From a virus: a stretch of DNA of 39,927 bases. Positions 34,143 through 39,927 of the stretch are shown in pieces (the stretch's first letter is position 1; each line of letters starts with the position of its first letter). The notes beneath the pieces were generated by a model. It made no database searches and was not told where the DNA came from. It was given only the letters and a program-made list of their open reading frames with translations. The stretch covers positions 1 through 39,927 of IMG/VR virus record IMGVR_UViG_3300045988_053524; one strand, 5' to 3'. The position numbers and the translations under genes were made by a program.

Positions 34143-34493
34143 ATGAAAAAAACAGAAAAATTTATCGTTATTCGTAGTAAAGAAACAGGCGAATTTTTGA
34201 TGAAATACAAAAGCAAGGACGGAGCTTTTGCTTATAGCGCAACTTGGACGGAAGATCTGCAAGATGCGTCGACTGGATCACAAAAAGCGATGGAAATACA
34301 AGGCGATAAAATACAAAAAGTCGCGGAAGCCTTTGGGGGTGAATTGCTTGTCGTAAATGCAACGTATGAGCTCGAAACACTCGACGGCGAAGAGCCAAAA
34401 GATCTTATGGAAGAAATTGAAGAAGTAAAACGCAAACGTCTAGTGAATTTTCTTCATGAACTCTTTTCAGACGACGATGATGAGGAGGACTAA
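34143..34493 (+). CDS. Hypothetical protein with a poly-acidic C-terminal tail (116 aa)
   Basis: It ends in ...FLHELFSDDDDEED. ATG 34143. Confidence 0.5.
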   Translation: MKKTEKFIVIRSKETGEFLMKYKSKDGAFAYSATWTEDLQDASTGSQKAMEIQGDKIQKVAEAFGGELLVVNATYELETLDGEEPKDLMEEIEEVKRKRLVNFLHELFSDDDDEED

Positions 34494-34496
34494 AAA

Positions 34497-35594
34497 ATGC
34501 AAATTACAAGAGGAAGGAAGGCACGGGCTCAAAAAGTTGTTATCTATGGCCCGGAAGGAATCGGAAAGTCAACTTTTGCAGCACAATTTCCAGAGCCGGT
34601 ATTCATCGATACAGAAGGCTCGACTGATAATATGGACGTGGCCCGGTTAGACAAGCCTACAAGCTGGGCCATGCTCAAGAATGAGATCGCGTTTATCAAG
34701 GCGAATTCGGACGCTTGCAAAACTCTAGTCATTGACACGATTGACTGGGCGGAGCAGTTAGCTGTATCTTATGTATGCTCACAGCACCAAAAAAACGGAA
34801 TCGAAGATTTTGGATGGGGCAAGGGTTATACATACGTCCAAGAGGAAATCGGGCGCTTATTGAATAGCTTGTCAGAGCTTGTCGATATTGGAATCAACGT
34901 TGTCTTAACTGCTCACGCTCAAATTAAGAAGTTCGAGCAACCGGACGAAATGGGAGCGTATGACCGATACGAATTAAAACTCGGGCAAAAGACAAGCTCG
35001 AAAACAGCCCCGCTTGTCAAAGAGTGGGCGGATATGGTGCTCTTTGCGAATTATAAGACGTTCGTTATGACGACTGACGACGGCAAGAAAAAAGCCCAAG
35101 GCGGAGAGCGTGTTATGTATACCAATCATCGCCCCGCATGGGACGCAAAGAACCGTCACGGCTTACCGGATCAATTACCGTTTGATTTTGGAAGTATCGC
35201 GCATATCTTCGCAACGCAAGAAGTAACACCACAACCGCAACCTGAACCGGTACAAGCGGAAGTGCAACAACCTGAAATTGCAGAAACACTAAACGCAATC
35301 GCGGGTGATATCAAACAAAAACGCGAACTTGCTAAACAAGCACAAGAGCAACCGCAAACAAACGGCTTATTACCACAAGCACTTATCGATTTAATGACAC
35401 CGCACAACGTGACAGAAAGTGAATTGCAAGACGTCGCATATATCCGCGGACACTTCCCGATGGGGACACCAATCGAAAACTTCCCGAGCAATTATTGGGA
35501 TATGATTGTTGCGAATTGGGACGCTACACTTGAGGTTATTCAAAACCAAGTTCGCGCAACCCCTGAAATGCCATTTAACACTAACAATTTATAA
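34497..35594 (+). CDS. AAA_24 (Sak4-like, RecA-fold) ATPase with a Q/P-rich linker and a C-terminal domain
   Basis: VVIYGPEGIGKSTFAAQFPEPVFIDTEG and LVIDTIDWAEQ are typical of AAA_24 phage ATPases. Confidence 0.7.
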   Translation: MQITRGRKARAQKVVIYGPEGIGKSTFAAQFPEPVFIDTEGSTDNMDVARLDKPTSWAMLKNEIAFIKANSDACKTLVIDTIDWAEQLAVSYVCSQHQKNGIEDFGWGKGYTYVQEEIGRLLNSLSELVDIGINVVLTAHAQIKKFEQPDEMGAYDRYELKLGQKTSSKTAPLVKEWADMVLFANYKTFVMTTDDGKKKAQGGERVMYTNHRPAWDAKNRHGLPDQLPFDFGSIAHIFATQEVTPQPQPEPVQAEVQQPEIAETLNAIAGDIKQKRELAKQAQEQPQTNGLLPQALIDLMTPHNVTESELQDVAYIRGHFPMGTPIENFPSNYWDMIVANWDATLEVIQNQVRATPEMPFNTNNL

Positions 35595-35621
35595 TTTTTG
35601 AAACAAAAGGAGAAAAACAAA

Positions 35622-36170
35622 ATGACACAACAACAATTTAACAACACCAACAACTTTGACCGCGAATATGACTGGAACGACACTATCCAAAAGGATTCTG
35701 AATTCGTCCTATTACCTGAAGGCTTGTATTATTACACAGTAAAAAGCTATGACCGTGGACGTCACACACCGAACCCGCAAAACCCGGGCAAGTTACCAGC
35801 TTGCAACAAGGCAACGATTCACGTTTTAATTGAAGCAAACGAAGGCGAAAAAGAACTCACGCACAACCTATTCTTGCATAGCTCGACCGAGGGAATGTTA
35901 TCTGCATTTTTTGGTTCAATCGGACAAAAACGTAAAGGCGAACCGCTTCGTATGGACTGGAACGCTATCATCGGTAAAGTCGGAGTATGTAAGGTGGGAA
36001 CCCGTGAATATAATGGCAATAAATACAATGAAGTAAAAAGCATGATTTACGCGGAAGACGTGGACTATACAAAAGTTTTGAACGCTCAACCAGGACAAGC
36101 ACCGGCTGGTTATCAACCACAACAAGGATTCCAACAACCAGCGCAAGGGTTCAATCCCGGACAATTTTAA
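35622..36170 (+). CDS. DUF669-family protein (probable ssDNA-binding partner of the Sak4-like ATPase)
   Basis: REYDWNDTIQKDSEFVLLPEGLY... fits the DUF669 pattern as I recall it. It pairs syntenically with the AAA_24 gene. It has a Q/P/G-rich tail ending in Phe. ATG 35622 follows AAAGGAG. Confidence 0.55.
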   Translation: MTQQQFNNTNNFDREYDWNDTIQKDSEFVLLPEGLYYYTVKSYDRGRHTPNPQNPGKLPACNKATIHVLIEANEGEKELTHNLFLHSSTEGMLSAFFGSIGQKRKGEPLRMDWNAIIGKVGVCKVGTREYNGNKYNEVKSMIYAEDVDYTKVLNAQPGQAPAGYQPQQGFQQPAQGFNPGQF

Positions 36171-36180
36171 GGGGGTATAA

Positions 36181-37764
36181 ATGGAATTACGGCCTTATCA
36201 ACAAGAGGCGCGAGAAGCCGTTCAGAAGGAATGGACGGAAGGGCGAAAACGAACCCTTCTAGTCCTTCCGACTGGAACGGGAAAAACGGTCGTCTTTTCA
36301 AAAATTATTGAAGACCAAGTTAGAGAAGGGAAACGCGTCCTTGTCCTTGCTCACCGCTCCGAATTATTAGACCAAGCAAGCGATAAGCTCAAGACCGCGA
36401 CGGGACTCGGTACGGCACTAGAGAAAGCAGAGAATACCTCGATTGGTTCATGGTATCGAGTCGTTGTCGGTTCAGTTCAGACAATGCAACGAGAAAAACG
36501 CTTGAATCAATTCCCGCCTGACTGGTTCGATACGATTGTGGTCGATGAAGCACACCACGCTATTTCAGACGGATATCAGAAAGTTTTAAGCCATTTTAAA
36601 GACTCGGAAGTTTTGGGGGTGACGGCTACACCGGACCGGGGGGATATGAAGAACCTCGGTTCATACTTTGACAGTCTAGCCTATGAATACTCATTAGTGC
36701 AAGCAATTAAAGACGGGTATCTATCCAAAATTAAAGCCTTGACAATTCCGATTGACCTTGACTTATCGAGTGTTTCAATGTCTGCTGGTGATTTTAAAGC
36801 GAGCGATGTCGGAACGGCACTTGATCCCTATCTCGTACAGATTGCGGACGAAATGGCCGAATATTGCAAGGACAGAAAAACAGTTGTCTTTCTTCCACTT
36901 GTGAAGACTAGCCAAAAATTCCGCGATATCTTAAACGAGCGAGGATTCAAAGCTGCTGAAGTTAACGGCGAATCGAAAGACCGGGCGGAAGTGCTCGAAG
37001 ACTTTGAAAAGGGACGTTATAACGTTCTTTGTAACTCAATGTTACTTACTGAGGGTTGGGATTGCCCTTCAGTCGATTGCGTGGTGGTATTAAGACCGAC
37101 GAAAGTCCGGGCGCTCTATTCGCAGATGGTAGGAAGGGGGACGCGTCTATTTCCCGGAAAAGACGAGCTTTTGTTGCTAGACTTCCTATGGCACACAGAA
37201 CGGCACGAACTTTGTCGCCCGGCTCATTTAATTTGTGAAAGTCCGGAAGTGACTAAAAAAATGGTCGAAAACATGGAAGAAGAAACGGGCGTCGTGATTG
37301 ACCTTGAGCAGATGGAAGTCAAGAGCGCTGAAGACGTCGTGGCAGAACGTGAAGAAGCCCTTGCTAAACAACTTGCGGAAATGAGAAAACGAAAACGAAA
37401 ACTTGTTGATCCGCTTCAATTTGAAATGTCAATTCATGCCGAAGATCTTTCGAGCTATGTTCCTAGTTTCGGATGGGAAATGTCCCCGCCTTCAGAAAAA
37501 CAACTCCGAGCACTCGAAAAATACGGTATTTTTACCGAAGAAGTCGGGAACGCTGGGAAAGCTAACTTATTACTTGACCGTTTGAATAAACGTCAAAGTG
37601 AGGGGCTGACTACACCGAAGCAAATTCGCTTCCTTGAAAGTCGAGGTTTTAAAAACGTCGGAATGTGGTCGTTTGAAAGTGCTAGAAATATGATTGACCG
37701 AATAGCAGCGAACGGGTGGAGATTACCAAGAGGCATCGTTGCAAGGGAATATATACCAAGTTAA
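36181..37764 (+). CDS. Superfamily-2 DEAD/DEAH-box helicase
   Basis: Motif I PTGTGKT, motif II DEAH, motif III TATP, motif VI QMVGRGTR. Confidence 0.85.
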   Translation: MELRPYQQEAREAVQKEWTEGRKRTLLVLPTGTGKTVVFSKIIEDQVREGKRVLVLAHRSELLDQASDKLKTATGLGTALEKAENTSIGSWYRVVVGSVQTMQREKRLNQFPPDWFDTIVVDEAHHAISDGYQKVLSHFKDSEVLGVTATPDRGDMKNLGSYFDSLAYEYSLVQAIKDGYLSKIKALTIPIDLDLSSVSMSAGDFKASDVGTALDPYLVQIADEMAEYCKDRKTVVFLPLVKTSQKFRDILNERGFKAAEVNGESKDRAEVLEDFEKGRYNVLCNSMLLTEGWDCPSVDCVVVLRPTKVRALYSQMVGRGTRLFPGKDELLLLDFLWHTERHELCRPAHLICESPEVTKKMVENMEEETGVVIDLEQMEVKSAEDVVAEREEALAKQLAEMRKRKRKLVDPLQFEMSIHAEDLSSYVPSFGWEMSPPSEKQLRALEKYGIFTEEVGNAGKANLLLDRLNKRQSEGLTTPKQIRFLESRGFKNVGMWSFESARNMIDRIAANGWRLPRGIVAREYIPS

Positions 37765-37775
37765 GAAAGGGAATA

Positions 37776-39005
37776 ATGAAATTTTTAGATTTATTTGCTG
37801 GCATCGGTGGTTTTCGTCTTGGTATGGAGTCCGCTAGTCACGAATGTATCGGATTTTGTGAGATTGACAATTTTGCTAGAGCTAGTTATAAAGCTATACA
37901 TGATACGAAAGGGGAGATAGAATTACATGACATCACAACAGTATCAGATGAGTTTATTCGATCAATCGGAAGTGTGGACGTTATCTGTGGAGGATTTCCG
38001 TGCCAAGCTTTCAGTCTTGCAGGAGCAAGACGAGGTTTTGAAGATACACGAGGAACTTTGTTCTTTGAAATTGTCCGGTTCGCATCTATTCTCAGACCTA
38101 GATATTTATTCCTTGAGAACGTTAAAGGACTACTCAACCACGAAAACGGAGCTACATTCGAGATCATCATTACAGCCTTGGATGAACTGGGGTACAACGT
38201 GGAATGGCAAGTGCTTAACAGCAAGAATTTTGGAGTCCCCCAAAATAGGGAACGTGTGTTCATTATCGGACATCTTAGAGGAGAACGTACCAGAAGAATT
38301 TTTCCTCTCGGCGGAGAAAGTCAGTCAACTAGTAGCCAATCAGTCGTGAAAATTGGCAATGTAAACCCATCTGGGAATGGTATGAATGGGGAAGTCTATC
38401 AAGCCGATGGTTTAGCTCCTACGCTTACAACGAATAAGGGAGAGGGGCAAAAGATAGCAATAAAAAGTAATACTATAAAACAGTTTGGGGTATTGCAACC
38501 CAATTTTAATCAATGTGGCGTGGTTTACGAAACAGACGGTATCGCACCAACCATCAGAGCTTATCAAGGCGGAGGACTTGAGCCTAAAATCATTCAGCGT
38601 GGTCATGGTTATAATCAAGGCGGAGAACATGATATCGCACCAACTCTGACAAGTAATAGCTATCACGAAAACAATGTTTTAAAAATAACAGAGGCAACAT
38701 CTCAAGGGTATGCTGAGGCTACAGTTGGCGATAGTGTAAACCTATCTCATCCGAACTCTAAAACAAGGCGAGGTAGAGTAGGTAATCAGATAGCAAATAC
38801 TCTATTGACCGGAGAAAGTCAAGGGGTAGTTGAGCCTGACTATAGAATTAGAAAACTGACACCCCGTGAATGTTGGAGATTACAAGGTTTTCCAGACTGG
38901 GCTTTTGACAAAGCACAAGAGGTTAACTCTAACAGTCAACTATACAAGCAAGCAGGAAATAGCGTGACAGTCAATGTCATAGCAGCAATAGCGGAAAGGT
39001 TATAA
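37776..39005 (+). CDS. DNA (cytosine-5) methyltransferase, no adjacent endonuclease
   Basis: Motif I FAGIGGF, motif IV GGFPCQAFS, motif VI ENVKGL, motif VIII QNRERVFIIG, motif IX/X RKLTPRECWRLQGFPD...GNSVTVNV. A long variable region lies between motifs VIII and IX. Confidence 0.9.
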   Translation: MKFLDLFAGIGGFRLGMESASHECIGFCEIDNFARASYKAIHDTKGEIELHDITTVSDEFIRSIGSVDVICGGFPCQAFSLAGARRGFEDTRGTLFFEIVRFASILRPRYLFLENVKGLLNHENGATFEIIITALDELGYNVEWQVLNSKNFGVPQNRERVFIIGHLRGERTRRIFPLGGESQSTSSQSVVKIGNVNPSGNGMNGEVYQADGLAPTLTTNKGEGQKIAIKSNTIKQFGVLQPNFNQCGVVYETDGIAPTIRAYQGGGLEPKIIQRGHGYNQGGEHDIAPTLTSNSYHENNVLKITEATSQGYAEATVGDSVNLSHPNSKTRRGRVGNQIANTLLTGESQGVVEPDYRIRKLTPRECWRLQGFPDWAFDKAQEVNSNSQLYKQAGNSVTVNVIAAIAERL

Positions 39006-39020
39006 AAAAGAAAGGGTAAA

Positions 39021-39927
39021 ATGAACAACGAAAGAGAATTTGACTTGTTGCCATTATTAGAGCATATCAACCCGGCCATTTTATCCTATCAAGAATGGGT
39101 AAATGTGGGTATGGCTCTAAAACACGAAGGATATACCGCGTCGGATTGGGATAATTGGTCCTTACGAGATCCGGCAAGGTATCGTAAATTTGAATGTTTC
39201 AAAAAGTGGGACACTTTCAACGAAGAAGCGGGCTCGATTGTAACTGGTGGGACAATCGTCCAACTTGCAAAAGACCACGGGTGGGTGAACCCGTACTCAA
39301 GCGATAGCGAAGGCGCTCACGAATTAGACTGGAACGATACCATCGATAGAGATTATCGGGTTATCGATAAAAACTGGATTGAGGGGAAAGAGATTCATGA
39401 GCCTACAATTTGGAATCCAGTCCAAGAAATTATCCGATACCTAGAGGCCTTGTTTGAATCATCCGAAAATGTCGGATATGTGACAGAAAGCTATCCAAAA
39501 GTCAACGACGAAACGGGCGAAATTGAAAAATGGCTTCCAACAAAGGGAGCGTATGACCGGACAGCCGGACAGTTAATTGAAGCCCTTAGTAAATGCAACG
39601 GCGATATTGGTGCAGTCCTCGGAGATTATCACCAAGAGGCCGGCGCATGGATTCGCTTCAATCCGCTTGACGGTAAGGGCGCAAAGAATGAGAATGTGAC
39701 CGACTACCGATATGCACTTGTCGAATCGGATAGCATGAGCGTAGAAAAGCAAAACGCTATTTATAAAGAGCTTGAATTGCCAATCGCTGCTCTTGTGTAT
39801 AGTGGGAATAAGTCCTTACACGCAATCGTAAAGGTGGACGCGGGCAGCTATGACGAATACCGAAAACGCGTTGACTACTTATATAAGATATGCCAAAAGA
39901 ACGGAATATCAGTCGATACACAAAACC
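39021..39927 (+). CDS. N-terminal part of the replication protein: PriCT-2-like domain plus archaeo-eukaryotic-type primase-polymerase domain (continues at nt 3)
   Basis: YQEWVNVGMALKHEGY...WDNWS...KKWDTF is PriCT-2-like. YALVESD and SGNKSLHAIV are AEP motifs. The ORF has no stop before the window end and is in frame with 3..1430. Confidence 0.75.
   Translation, partial: MNNEREFDLLPLLEHINPAILSYQEWVNVGMALKHEGYTASDWDNWSLRDPARYRKFECFKKWDTFNEEAGSIVTGGTIVQLAKDHGWVNPYSSDSEGAHELDWNDTIDRDYRVIDKNWIEGKEIHEPTIWNPVQEIIRYLEALFESSENVGYVTESYPKVNDETGEIEKWLPTKGAYDRTAGQLIEALSKCNGDIGAVLGDYHQEAGAWIRFNPLDGKGAKNENVTDYRYALVESDSMSVEKQNAIYKELELPIAALVYSGNKSLHAIVKVDAGSYDEYRKRVDYLYKICQKNGISVDTQN

Noticed and set aside
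37927-38349. A 140-aa alternative-frame ORF, and the 125-aa antisense ORF 37886..38263, inside the methyltransferase gene
   Set aside because: Both are nested in a gene whose frame carries all the C5-MTase motifs. There is no independent signal.

Overview
The window is a complete, circularly closed genome of a temperate pac-type siphovirus or excised prophage. It has about 39.88 kb of unique sequence: nt 1-51 are identical to nt 39877-39927, and a primase/helicase gene reads straight through that junction. The host is probably a low-GC Gram-positive coccus, most likely a Streptococcus, because the endolysin combines a CHAP domain with choline-binding repeats. Gene order on the + strand: replication protein C-terminus and an iteron-type origin (1-1.8 kb); RusA and a run of small, translationally coupled early/middle ORFs (1.8-5.2 kb); an ArpU-like late regulator (5.2-5.6 kb); a ParB-DUF4417 protein and a JAB-like protein (5.7-7.6 kb); TerS, TerL, portal and a MuF-like head protein with an unassigned C-terminal extension (7.6-12.2 kb); two small accessory ORFs between terminators (12.2-12.7 kb); scaffold, capsid, connectors, major tail protein, G/T chaperone with a -1 frameshift, tape measure, Dit and Tal/receptor-binding protein (12.8-26.2 kb); two holins and the endolysin (27.0-28.6 kb); a gene-free attP-like region (28.7-28.9 kb). 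The lysogeny module lies on the - strand: integrase, an unassigned glycine-zipper protein, an ImmA-like protease and a cI-like repressor (28.9-31.3 kb). A divergent-promoter switch follows. The + strand then carries cro-like and early genes, an SMC-like ATPase, a Sak4-like ATPase, DUF669, an SF2 helicase, an orphan C5 methyltransferase and the primase-polymerase N-terminus (31.5-39.9 kb). No rRNA gene, complete tRNA gene, CRISPR array or transposon was seen. All family names come from motifs I recognise by eye; no search was run. The best candidates for undescribed biology are the repressor-operon glycine-zipper protein, the MuF C-terminal extension with its overlapping small ORF, the terminator-flanked 45-aa membrane peptide cassette, and the ParB-DUF4417/JAB-like pair upstream of the terminase.
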